This document shows positions 9,289-17,640 of a stretch of 27,878 bases of DNA, piece by piece; position 1 is the stretch's first letter, and each line of letters opens with the position of its first letter. Where the stretch lies: NCBI GenBank assembly GCA_964641785.1, contig CAZXNF010000001.1, forward strand, positions 8,007 to 35,884. The letters run 5' to 3'. Below the pieces are notes generated by a model, which made no database searches, was not told where the DNA came from, and saw only the letters and a program-made list of their open reading frames with translations. This DNA comes from an uncultured Streptomycetaceae bacterium. Its GTDB lineage: Bacteria; Pseudomonadota; Gammaproteobacteria; Burkholderiales; SG8-41. A program made the position numbers and the translations under genes.

Positions 9289-9439
9289 CGTCGCACACCC
9301 CTTCCATCATTCCGCTTCGATCTTAGCCTATCGGCAACGCCCCGCACCAGATATGCGCCTTGCTGTGCGCTCGCGCTGCAAGATAGGATACGTGATGCCG
9401 GATCAGAATTTAGACGACGATGACGAGAGGGCGAACCCG

Positions 9440-10309
9440 ATGGGAAGGATGATCACGCTGGCCGCGGCGCAGACCGGCCCGGTGCTGAGCGATGACTGGC
9501 GCGACAGTATCCCGGCCGCGTGCGGGATGATCGAGGCGGCGGCGCGCCAGCAGGCGGACATCGTATGCTTCAGCGAACTGTTCATGACGCCGTTTTTCCC
9601 GAACCGGCTGACGCATGACTTCGACCGCTACTTCGTTGAACTCCCCGAACCGGCCCTGCAGCCGGTATTCCAGGCGGCCGCGGATCACAAAATAGGCCTG
9701 CTGTTCCCGTTCGGCGAAAAGAGCGGCCGGCATTACTACAACTCATGCTTGGTCGTGGATCGGAACGGCAAGCATCTCGGCCTCTATCGCAAGACGCATA
9801 TTCCCGCGATCCTGCCCTCCGAACTGGCCGGGGGCACCGGCAGTTACGAGAAGTTCTATTTCTCGCCGGGCACGGCGTTTCCGGTTTTCCACCTGTGCGG
9901 CACCAAGGTCGGGGTCCAGATCTGCTATGACCGGAAGTATCCGGAAGGCTCGCGCCTGCTGGCGCTGCAGGGTGCGGAGATCATCTTCATGCCGATCTGT
10001 GCAGCGACCTACGGCGAGACCGCGCTGCGCGGCAATACGTGGGACGTACCGCTGCAGGCGCGCGCCTACGAAAATGGCGTGTTCGTGGTGGCGGTCAACC
10101 GCGCCGGCGACGAACACGGGCGCAAGCACATCGGCCGCAGCATGATCGTTGATCCGGTCGGCGCCGACATGATTGCCATTGCGTCCAATGACAAACCCGA
10201 GCTCCTCGTGGCGACCGTGGATCTCGACCATGTCGCCAAAGCGCAAACCAGCCTGCCGTGGTGGCGCGATCGGCGGCCGGAACTCTACGCGCCGCTCGGA
10301 ACCGTGTAA
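9440..10309 (+). CDS. Nitrilase-superfamily carbon-nitrogen hydrolase (beta-ureidopropionase / N-carbamoylase-like), paralog 2
   Basis: Triad FSELF / YRKTHIP / QICYDR, plus EKFYFSPG and WWRDRRPELY. GAGAGGG SD before the ATG at 9440. Confidence 0.92.
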   Translation: MGRMITLAAAQTGPVLSDDWRDSIPAACGMIEAAARQQADIVCFSELFMTPFFPNRLTHDFDRYFVELPEPALQPVFQAAADHKIGLLFPFGEKSGRHYYNSCLVVDRNGKHLGLYRKTHIPAILPSELAGGTGSYEKFYFSPGTAFPVFHLCGTKVGVQICYDRKYPEGSRLLALQGAEIIFMPICAATYGETALRGNTWDVPLQARAYENGVFVVAVNRAGDEHGRKHIGRSMIVDPVGADMIAIASNDKPELLVATVDLDHVAKAQTSLPWWRDRRPELYAPLGTV

Positions 10310-10318
10310 GGCACCGCG

Positions 10319-11173
10319 CTACAGTCCCGGATTGTCACGCCCGGTGGCCACGCCGCGGTCAGCGGCCTCCGACGCCGCGGGAGTTACGTGCAGTTCGAGT
10401 CCAAGCTCCCGCGCCAGTTCGAGCACCAGATGCAGGTCCTTTTGCAGATTCGACGGCGCGTCGCCGGGGACAGGCGCCTTGAGCATGCCCTTCCAGCGCG
10501 GCCCGAGGTTCTCCCACAGTCGCAGCACGCGGCTGTCGGCGACGCCCTCCCGCAGCACTTGCTTCAAGGCTTCGGGCTCCACACCGCCCGCGACACCCAG
10601 TGCAAGCCCCTCCAGCAGCGTCATCGCGTTCACGCTGCATACGAGCTGGTGAGCCAGCTTCGCGACCTGCCCGGCGCCGACGTCGCCGACGCGGGTGATG
10701 TTCGTCGCAAACGCGCGCAGCACGGGCAGCGCCCTGGCCAGCGTCGTCTGCGCGCCGCCGATCATCAGGCTAAGCGTGCCTTCGGCGGCGGCCAGATAGC
10801 CGCCGGAGATCGGCGCATCCAGCGTTGCGCATCCGTGGGATGCAAGCCGTTCCGCGATGGCGCGCACCGGTGCGGGCCCCAGCGTGCTGCCGGTCGCGAA
10901 AATGGACTCCGGGCGCAGTGCCCCGAGAATGCCGTCGTTGCCGGAAACGACCGCCTCGGTTTGCGCGGCATCCGAGACCAGGCTGATGATCAGCTCACTG
11001 CGCGCGGCCACCGCCGCCGGCGAAGCGCAGGGCACGGCCCCTTCGCGCCGCAAGGCCGCCATCGGCTCGTCGCGCACATCGAACACGGCGACCTCGAATC
11101 CGGCCTTCACGAGACGCGCGGCAATCGGCTGGCCGATGACGCCCAGCCCGAGTACGCCCACGCGCATTGTCAT
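10319..11173 (-). CDS. NAD(P)-dependent beta-hydroxyacid dehydrogenase (3-hydroxyisobutyrate dehydrogenase family)
   Basis: GVLGLGVIG Rossmann motif, DAPISGG, and GQVAKL with the catalytic Lys. Confidence 0.92.
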   Translation of the reverse strand: MTMRVGVLGLGVIGQPIAARLVKAGFEVAVFDVRDEPMAALRREGAVPCASPAAVAARSELIISLVSDAAQTEAVVSGNDGILGALRPESIFATGSTLGPAPVRAIAERLASHGCATLDAPISGGYLAAAEGTLSLMIGGAQTTLARALPVLRAFATNITRVGDVGAGQVAKLAHQLVCSVNAMTLLEGLALGVAGGVEPEALKQVLREGVADSRVLRLWENLGPRWKGMLKAPVPGDAPSNLQKDLHLVLELARELGLELHVTPAASEAADRGVATGRDNPGL

Positions 11174-11176
11174 CGC

Positions 11177-12145
11177 CTATTCCGCCTTGATGTTGGCGTC
11201 CTTGATCACCTTCGCGTAGCGCGGGATCTCGGCGCGCAGCAGCGCGGCGAACTGCTCGGGCGTGTTCGCACTGATGTCGACGCCCATTGCGACCAGCCGC
11301 TCGCGCGTCTCCGGCTGGTTCAGCACCTTGGCCACGTCCTGCTGGATGCGCCTGACGAGGTCCGGCGGCATGCCAGCGGGTCCCAGAAATCCGTACCACG
11401 TCGCGATCGCGAAGTCCTTGAACCCGGACTCCGCGATGGTCGGCACTTCCGGCACCAGCGGCGAGCGGGCCACGCTCGTATTCGCCAGCGCCCGCAGCCT
11501 GCCGTTCTGCACGTGGGGCAGCGCCACCGGCAGGTTGCCGAACATGATCGGGATCTGGCCGCCGACCGTATCCGCGATGGCCGGCCCTTCGCCCTTGTAG
11601 GGCACGTGGTTCATGCGGATGCCGAGCAGCGCGTTGAGCAATTCGCCGGTCATGTGCGGCGTCGAGCCGATACCGCCCGAGCCGTAGGTCAGGGTACTGC
11701 CGCTCTTTTTTGCGAGCGCCACAAATTCGCGGAAGGTCCTGGGCGGGAACGACGGATGCACGATCATCAGCAGCGGCGTCGAGCCGATGAGCGTGATCGG
11801 CGCGAAATCCTTGAGCGTGTCGTACGGCGCCTTGCCGTACAGAGCCGGCGCCACCGCCAGCCCCGACTGGAATCCCGTCATCAGCGTGTAGCCGTCAGGT
11901 ACCGCTTTCGTGAGCAGTTCGCCGGCGATCATGCCCGTCGCGCCGGGACGGTTGTCGACGATAACGGTCTGTCCCCACAGTTCGGTCAGCCGCTGCGCGA
12001 CGATGCGGGTGATGACGTCGGTTGCGCCACCGGGGCTGAGGCCGATCAGGATGCGTACCGGTTTGACAGGATAATTCTGCGCAGCTGCCACACCCGCGCC
12101 CAGCGTGCCCACGACGAACGCCGCGGCGAGAAAAAGTCGTTTCAT
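11177..12145 (-). CDS. Bug/TctC family substrate-binding protein
   Basis: YPVKPVRILIGLSPGGATD, PDGYTL, GSGGIGSTPH, HVPYKG. GAGGAGGGG SD before the ATG at 12145. Confidence 0.95.
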   Translation of the reverse strand: MKRLFLAAAFVVGTLGAGVAAAQNYPVKPVRILIGLSPGGATDVITRIVAQRLTELWGQTVIVDNRPGATGMIAGELLTKAVPDGYTLMTGFQSGLAVAPALYGKAPYDTLKDFAPITLIGSTPLLMIVHPSFPPRTFREFVALAKKSGSTLTYGSGGIGSTPHMTGELLNALLGIRMNHVPYKGEGPAIADTVGGQIPIMFGNLPVALPHVQNGRLRALANTSVARSPLVPEVPTIAESGFKDFAIATWYGFLGPAGMPPDLVRRIQQDVAKVLNQPETRERLVAMGVDISANTPEQFAALLRAEIPRYAKVIKDANIKAE

Positions 12146-12177
12146 GTTTCCCCTCCTCGAAATGATTACAGCGGCCG

Positions 12178-13326
12178 CTAGCGGACCGTCTGCCATGCGT
12201 CCTTGCTACCCGCTTCCCGCACGCCATACTTGCGTACTGCCTTGGCGTCGAAATTGAACCCGATGCCAGGTGTCTGCGGCAGCAGCAAGTTGCCGTCCTT
12301 CGCCACCAGCTGGCGGTCGATCACCCGCCGGAAATTCACGATATGGTCGTCGGGCATGAACTCGACGTAACGCGCGTTGGGCGCCGAGGCCACCAGTTGC
12401 ACGTGCACGTCATGCCAGGCATGCGGCGAGACCGTCACGCCGTAGCTGGCAGCGGTCGCGGCGATGCGCCGCCATTCCGTGATGCCGCCGCACACCGTTG
12501 CATCGGTCTGCAGTATCTCCGCCGCGCGCTTGTCGAGCATCTCCTTGAAACGCCACCGCCCCGCCTCGATCTCGCCGGTGGCCACAATCACCGGCGTCCG
12601 CTCCGCCAGCTTGGCGTGATTGTCCAGATCGTCCGGAGAAAACGGCTCCTCGATCCAGTACGGGTTGTAACGCTCGAAACGTGCCATGTAACGCAGCGCG
12701 GTGGGCAGATCGCGCCACGCGTTGTTCGCGTCCAGCATCAGCAGCACGTCGGGCCCGATGGCCTCCCGCGCTGCCCGCACCCGGGCTTCCTCCTCCTTGG
12801 GGGACAAGCGGCCGGTCTTCATCTTCACCGCCTTGAAACCGTCGCGCACGTGGCCCGCGAGTTCCTTGCCCAGTTTCTGCGGCGTCTTGCCCGGCTGGTA
12901 GTAGCCACCGCTCGCATAGGCCGGCACCCGGTCTTCCACCATCGCACCGAGATACCGGTAGAGCGGAAGCTTCGCGGCGCGCGCGTTGAGATCCCACAGC
13001 GCGGTATCGATGGCCGACAGCGCGCGCATGACGGCGCCCACCCGGCCCTGCAGCAGTGCTTCCTGGTACATCTCCTCCCACAATCCCTCGATGCGCAAGG
13101 ACTCTTGGCCGATCAGGCGCGCGCCCAGCAAGTCCGTCACCGCGACCGACAGCAGCCGCCCCGAACTGTTGACCGCGTAGCAATAGCCGATGCCTTCCAC
13201 GCCGTCTGTCGAGCGAACCTTGACGAGACAGTATTCGCGCGCCGTGACGGTACGCGTGGAGAAGGTGACCGCGTTATCAAGCGGTACGCGTGCGATACAA
13301 ACCGAAACTGAAGCAATTTTTGGCAT
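12178..13326 (-). CDS. Mandelate racemase/muconate lactonizing enzyme family (enolase superfamily, MR subgroup)
   Basis: KxK (KMK), metal ligands in LDAN, IEEP and TGE, then LQTD, SPHAWH and YVE. Start at MPKIASV (13326). Confidence 0.92.
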   Translation of the reverse strand: MPKIASVSVCIARVPLDNAVTFSTRTVTAREYCLVKVRSTDGVEGIGYCYAVNSSGRLLSVAVTDLLGARLIGQESLRIEGLWEEMYQEALLQGRVGAVMRALSAIDTALWDLNARAAKLPLYRYLGAMVEDRVPAYASGGYYQPGKTPQKLGKELAGHVRDGFKAVKMKTGRLSPKEEEARVRAAREAIGPDVLLMLDANNAWRDLPTALRYMARFERYNPYWIEEPFSPDDLDNHAKLAERTPVIVATGEIEAGRWRFKEMLDKRAAEILQTDATVCGGITEWRRIAATAASYGVTVSPHAWHDVHVQLVASAPNARYVEFMPDDHIVNFRRVIDRQLVAKDGNLLLPQTPGIGFNFDAKAVRKYGVREAGSKDAWQTVR

Positions 13327-13399
13327 GGGTGACTCTGCAAATGTTGTAGGCGATCCCGCTCGCGGGACAGGTGTTGCCGCCGGGAACGGCGCGGCCTCG

Positions 13400-14188
13400 T
13401 CAGCGGCCGGTGAACGCCGGCTTGCGCTTCTCCATGAAGGCGCGGCGGCCCTCGACGTAGTCCTGGCTGGCGAAGCAGTCGGCGACCACGCGCTCGGTGA
13501 GCGCGGTGTCGCGCAGGCCGGCATCCTTAACGTATTCATCGATCACGCGCTTGGAAGCGAGGATCGACAGCGGGGCATTGCCGGCTAGCGTCTTCGCGTA
13601 CGTGTCGACGAAAGCCTCGAGCTCGGACGCCAGCTGCACGTAATTGACGATGCCCAGCCGCAGCGCTTCCTGCGCCGTGCAGCGCCGCCCAGTGAACAGC
13701 AGGTCCTTGGCGGCCGACGGCCCGACGAGGTCGACAAGCTGGCCAAGGCGGTCGGCCGCGTAGCCGATCCCCAGCTTGGCGGCGGGGATGCCGAACTGCG
13801 CGTCCTCGGTGCAGATGCGGATGTCGCAGTTCAGCGCGATCGCCATGCCACCGCCCAGGCAGTAGCCACGGATCATGGCGACGGTGGGCTTGGCGCTACC
13901 CCGCAGCAGCTTGCGGAAGCGGTCGCCCGTTTTGTTGTAGTTCTCGACGTCCTCCTTCGTCGCGCGCGCCTGGTCGAACTTGGAGATGTCGCCGCCGGCC
14001 ACGAAGGCCTTGTCGCCGGTTCCGGACAACACGATGACGCGGATCGCAGCATCGGCGAGGAAATCCTCCATCACGTCCGCCGCCGCGAGCGACATGTCGA
14101 GCGAGAACGCGTTGCGCTTCTCGGGATTGTTGAAAACGAGGTGGCCAGTGGCCCCGTTTTTTCTGGATAGTATCTTGTCGGTGCTCAT
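13400..14188 (-). CDS. Enoyl-CoA hydratase/isomerase (crotonase) family protein
   Basis: NNPEKRNA, FVAGGDI, GYCLGGG, CDIRI, FGIPAAKLG, and DYVEGRRAFMEKRKPAFTGR. Confidence 0.93.
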   Translation of the reverse strand: MSTDKILSRKNGATGHLVFNNPEKRNAFSLDMSLAAADVMEDFLADAAIRVIVLSGTGDKAFVAGGDISKFDQARATKEDVENYNKTGDRFRKLLRGSAKPTVAMIRGYCLGGGMAIALNCDIRICTEDAQFGIPAAKLGIGYAADRLGQLVDLVGPSAAKDLLFTGRRCTAQEALRLGIVNYVQLASELEAFVDTYAKTLAGNAPLSILASKRVIDEYVKDAGLRDTALTERVVADCFASQDYVEGRRAFMEKRKPAFTGR

Positions 14189-14255
14189 GGTGCGCGCGTG
14201 CTCCTCATCGCTGGGGCTGGACCGGCAGCATGAACGCCACCGCGTTTATGGAGAG

Positions 14256-14293
14256 ATTATTGCGCCGAACGCGAATGGGCCGCAATGCGGCCC
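14256..14293 (-). promoter_or_regulatory. Putative promoter (TTGCGG-18-AATAAT) overlapped by a perfect 8-1-8 inverted repeat
   Basis: Minus-strand AATAAT at 14256-14261 and TTGCGG at 14280-14285. GGGCCGCA-A-TGCGGCCC at 14277-14293. Confidence 0.4.
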
Positions 14294-14372
14294 GGGAAAA
14301 ACGAAGACGAAGGGATAAAACGGAAAACGCGCGCGCCGCGAAAGCGCGGGATCAGAATCGGGATCGATCAGG

Positions 14373-14405
14373 ACGACGGCGTCCGGGACCGGCCCGGACG
14401 GTCGT
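14373..14405 (-). terminator. GC-rich hairpin right after the small gene stop (terminator or 3' stabiliser)
   Basis: ACGAC..CGTCCGGG-ACCGG-CCCGGACG-GTCGT stem. It has no clean U-tract on the mRNA strand, so termination is uncertain. Confidence 0.35.
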
Positions 14406-14406
14406 T

Positions 14407-14610
14407 TCAGCGGCTGCGGTTCGGCGCCGTCGACACCCGCTTGGCATGCGACGGGTGATAGACGTGCCCCTTGGCCTTGGCGTCGACCAGGCAGGCCTCG
14501 TAGTTCTTGTAGGCCTCGGCCGATTCGCGCAGCACTTCCTTGCTGGCCGAGAGCTGCTGCCACTTCCAGCGCTGGGTCTCGTCCATGTAAAAGCGCCAGA
14601 TGAAGTTCAT
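14407..14610 (-). CDS. Small protein, YegP/DUF1508-like pattern
   Basis: GGAG SD 5 nt upstream and 26 nt downstream of the csp stop. WRFYMDETQRWKWQQLSASKEVLRESAEAYKNYEAC follows the YxD..GxWRW....N.E....S.E.Y.....C pattern of DUF1508, judged by eye. Confidence 0.7.
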   Translation of the reverse strand: MNFIWRFYMDETQRWKWQQLSASKEVLRESAEAYKNYEACLVDAKAKGHVYHPSHAKRVSTAPNRSR

Positions 14611-14636
14611 GAGTGCTCCTGCAGCCGGCGTTGGGG

Positions 14637-14840
14637 TCAGACCGTCTTGAGGTTGTCGGCGGAGGACTTGCCGTCCTTGCCCTTGACCAGTTCGTACTGG
14701 ATTTTCTGGCCGTCGGTCAGGCTGATGCCCGCCTTGTCCACCGCCGAGATGTGCACGAACACGTCTTTCGAACCGTCATCCGGTGCGATGAAGCCGAAAC
14801 CCTTGCCTGCGTTGAACCATTTCACGGTGCCGTTGGCCAT
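14637..14840 (-). CDS. cspA: Cold-shock protein (CspA family)
   Basis: MANGTVKWFNAGKGFGFI (RNP1), DVFVHIS (RNP2); 67 aa. CAGGAG SD. The symbol denotes the family, not orthology. Confidence 0.97.
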   Translation of the reverse strand: MANGTVKWFNAGKGFGFIAPDDGSKDVFVHISAVDKAGISLTDGQKIQYELVKGKDGKSSADNLKTV

Positions 14841-15010
14841 GCCTGTCTCCTGAAGTAGTGGTGCGCGGTTGCGCGGTAGTGAATGCCACTCCGGATAGAC
14901 TGGCAGCATTGGAGTTTACTCTCTATTGGCCCCCGACACCGGACTAAATCGGTCCGCCACAAGGGAGGTAAAACGCTGGCATCGCTGCACGGTAGGCCGC
15001 GTTCCGCGCG

Positions 15011-16300
15011 TCACCTGAGGTTCGCGGGCGCCTCCCGCCGCCACAGATGGACGCGCCAGCGCAGCGCGATGAACAGCGTGAACGCCAGGCCGACGATGCA
15101 GTACAGCGTCGCCATCGCCGGATAGCCGAAGCGCCCGATCAACGGGCCCGACAGCAGCAGCCCGATCGGCAGGCCGTAGATCGCCAGCATCCGGATGCCC
15201 ATCACGCGGCCGCGAAACTGTGGCGCCGCGTTGCGCAGCAGCAGGGTCGCCATGGTGACCTGGCTCAGGCTTTGCACGAAGCCTGCCAGCACCAGTACCG
15301 GGATGCCCGTCGCCGGCTGCGTGAGGTGGGAGTACAGCAGCAACAGCGCGTACCATGCCGCGCACGCGACGAGCATGACGCGCCCCGGCCGCGTGCGGCC
15401 GCCGAGCCGGCTCACGACGATGGAGCCCAGCAGCGCACCAAAAGCCGTGCCCGCCACCATATAGCCGAGGCCCGTCTGATCGGTGTGGTAAATCTCCTTC
15501 GCGACGTACGGCTGCAGGCTGTTCATCAGCGGGAAAGCCGTCAGGTTGACGAGGAAGGCCAGCCCCATCGTCGCCAACAGTTGCGGCGTTCGCCACACGT
15601 ATGCGAGTCCCTCGCGCAAATCACGCCACGATGACGGCGGCACGACGCTGCCGGCCGCGGCCGCGGACCGCGTATTCGCCACCTGCCGCGTCAACAGGAC
15701 ACCGGTGGCATACAACAACGCAATGACCACGTAGACCGGGCCCATGCCCAGCGCCGCGAACAGTCCGGCGCCCAGCAGAGCCCCGGCGATGCGGGCGGTA
15801 TCGACGGTCGTGCGCAAAATGCCCATGCCGCCGATCAGCAGTGCTGGCGTCAGGTTCTCGGCCACCAGCGCGTAGCGTATCGCCATGTCGGACGGGCGCA
15901 CCAGGCCGAAAAGGCCGACGATGACCAGCACGGATACCGGCGTCAGCAGGCCGGCGAATGCGAGGGCCATCAGCGTGGCCGCGAGCACGGCGTATAACGT
16001 CCGCATCCCGCACAGCAGGTTGCGGTGCCCTACCCGGTCGCCGGCCACACCGAACAGCGGCGAAACCAGCGTGCCCATGAACTGCAGCGCGCCGAACAGC
16101 GCGAGCATTTCCACCGAACCGGTCTCGACCAGAATGTACCAGCCGAGCACCAGCGCTTCCATCTCGAAGGCCCAGGAGGTCGTCAGGTCCGCGGTCCACT
16201 GGAAGCGGAAACTGCGGACGCGAAAGGGCGCGAGCACGGAGGATACGGGCGCCGCGCTCATCGCGCGGCGGCCTTGATCCTGCGGTTTCGCCTCATGCAC
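15011..16300 (-). CDS. MFS transporter (H+ antiporter / macrolide efflux-like family)
   Basis: About 12 hydrophobic segments; GVAGDRVGHR motif A; N-terminal 'FRVRSFRFQW'; 'PQFRGRVMG'. Very strong GGAGGAGGGGAG SD before 16300 (alternative start 16261). Confidence 0.9.
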   Translation of the reverse strand: MHEAKPQDQGRRAMSAAPVSSVLAPFRVRSFRFQWTADLTTSWAFEMEALVLGWYILVETGSVEMLALFGALQFMGTLVSPLFGVAGDRVGHRNLLCGMRTLYAVLAATLMALAFAGLLTPVSVLVIVGLFGLVRPSDMAIRYALVAENLTPALLIGGMGILRTTVDTARIAGALLGAGLFAALGMGPVYVVIALLYATGVLLTRQVANTRSAAAAGSVVPPSSWRDLREGLAYVWRTPQLLATMGLAFLVNLTAFPLMNSLQPYVAKEIYHTDQTGLGYMVAGTAFGALLGSIVVSRLGGRTRPGRVMLVACAAWYALLLLYSHLTQPATGIPVLVLAGFVQSLSQVTMATLLLRNAAPQFRGRVMGIRMLAIYGLPIGLLLSGPLIGRFGYPAMATLYCIVGLAFTLFIALRWRVHLWRREAPANLR

Positions 16301-16370
16301 TCCCCTCCTCCGTTCGCCACGGGACTCGCGGCGTTATTGTTGGTCGTTCGACGCTGCAACCGTTGTGATT

Positions 16371-17528
16371 TTACGGGATGCCCGTTCCCGCTTTCCCTTC
16401 CGCCCCTGCGGTCGCACGGCTGAGCATCCCGCCCGCGCCCATCATCGCCGCGCTGGTGAAGAACACGGACATGATGCCAAAGGCCGAGCCGATGCCGCCA
16501 AACACGAAGGGGCCCGCCAGGCGCGCGACGTTGTTCGCGGTCAGCCGCAGCCCCAGCGCCTCGCCCGTGCGCCCATGCGTGGAGCGGCCAAACATCAGCG
16601 TGGTGATCAGCGGCTGGCTGCACCCTGTGCCGAGGCCGAAGATGAACGCGACCACGCCGAGCGCGATCGCGTTCTCGAAAAACGGCATGAGCACGAAACC
16701 GAACGCGCCGATGTAAAACGACCACGCCAGCAGCCGCGCGCCGCCGAAGCGCGCCAGCAGTTGCGACAGCACGAAGCGCGTCACGAAAGAGGCCAGCGCG
16801 AACGCGGCCAGCACGGCCCCTATCGCCGTGGCGGAGAAGCCGAGGCCATAGCCGTAAATCGGGATGTAAAACTGGAACAGGTCGGTGCCGAGTTGCGCGA
16901 AGCTGCTGGTGGCCAGCAGCGGCATGACACCAGGATCGCGCAGCGACTTGAGGATGCTCGCGCCGGGCCCGGTCGGGCGGTTGCCACCCGGCAACAGGCG
17001 GCCCCACCGCCACAGCATCGCGCCGACCACCAGCGTCATGCCCGTCACCACCAGGCAGGCGATCGCATTGCCCCAGCCGTCGATCGAAAAACCGGCGATC
17101 AGCGGCGCGAGGAAGGTCGCCGCGGCGCCGGTCATGCTGAAATTGCTGAAGTTCTGCGCCCGCTGCTCCGACCGGCTCAGGAGGCCGACGAGGTTCTGCA
17201 CGATGCCGAGAAACAGGGCGAACGACAGCCCGCTCAGCGCCGAGGCAACGTACAGCACCGGCATCGTCCCCGCGATGTACGGAATCACCGCGCCCACCGT
17301 GCCGAACAGCACGCTCAACCAGAGCGGCCAGCGCGGCCCGACGCGATCGGTAAAGGCACCGATCGCCCACGACAGGAGCAACGGGCACACGTAGAACACG
17401 CCGGTCAGGATGCCGATCTCGAACGGCTGCGCGCCGAGCGACAGGGCATACAGCGTGAAGACGATGCGGGCCGCGTTGGAGGCGGTAAAGCCGATCAGGG
17501 CGACCGCGAAAGTGAAGTAAAGCGCCAT
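16371..17528 (-). CDS. MFS transporter
   Basis: About 12 TM segments; GAFTDRVGPR motif A; 'GEALGLRLTANNVARLAGP' C-terminal motif. Confidence 0.9.
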   Translation of the reverse strand: MALYFTFAVALIGFTASNAARIVFTLYALSLGAQPFEIGILTGVFYVCPLLLSWAIGAFTDRVGPRWPLWLSVLFGTVGAVIPYIAGTMPVLYVASALSGLSFALFLGIVQNLVGLLSRSEQRAQNFSNFSMTGAAATFLAPLIAGFSIDGWGNAIACLVVTGMTLVVGAMLWRWGRLLPGGNRPTGPGASILKSLRDPGVMPLLATSSFAQLGTDLFQFYIPIYGYGLGFSATAIGAVLAAFALASFVTRFVLSQLLARFGGARLLAWSFYIGAFGFVLMPFFENAIALGVVAFIFGLGTGCSQPLITTLMFGRSTHGRTGEALGLRLTANNVARLAGPFVFGGIGSAFGIMSVFFTSAAMMGAGGMLSRATAGAEGKAGTGIP

Positions 17529-17590
17529 TCAGGCTTTCTTACAGCCGACTCGATGAAGAAGCAAGCAACCGCTTCTTCGGCAATATCCGC

Positions 17591-17623
17591 ACGAACCCCG
17601 CTCCGGCGGGGTTCGTCGTTTCT
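17591..17623 (+). terminator. 11-bp hairpin, terminator-like
   Basis: ACGAACCCCGC-TCCG-GCGGGGTTCGT followed by CGTTTCT on +. It sits between two minus-strand genes, so the functional strand is uncertain. Confidence 0.45.
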
Positions 17624-17640
17624 GCCTTCCCTGCGCCGGC

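Noticed and set aside
9289-9439. Possible sigma54 (-24/-12) site in the second divergent promoter
   Set aside because: The best GG...GC candidate has the wrong spacing and lacks the TGGCAC/TTGC context.
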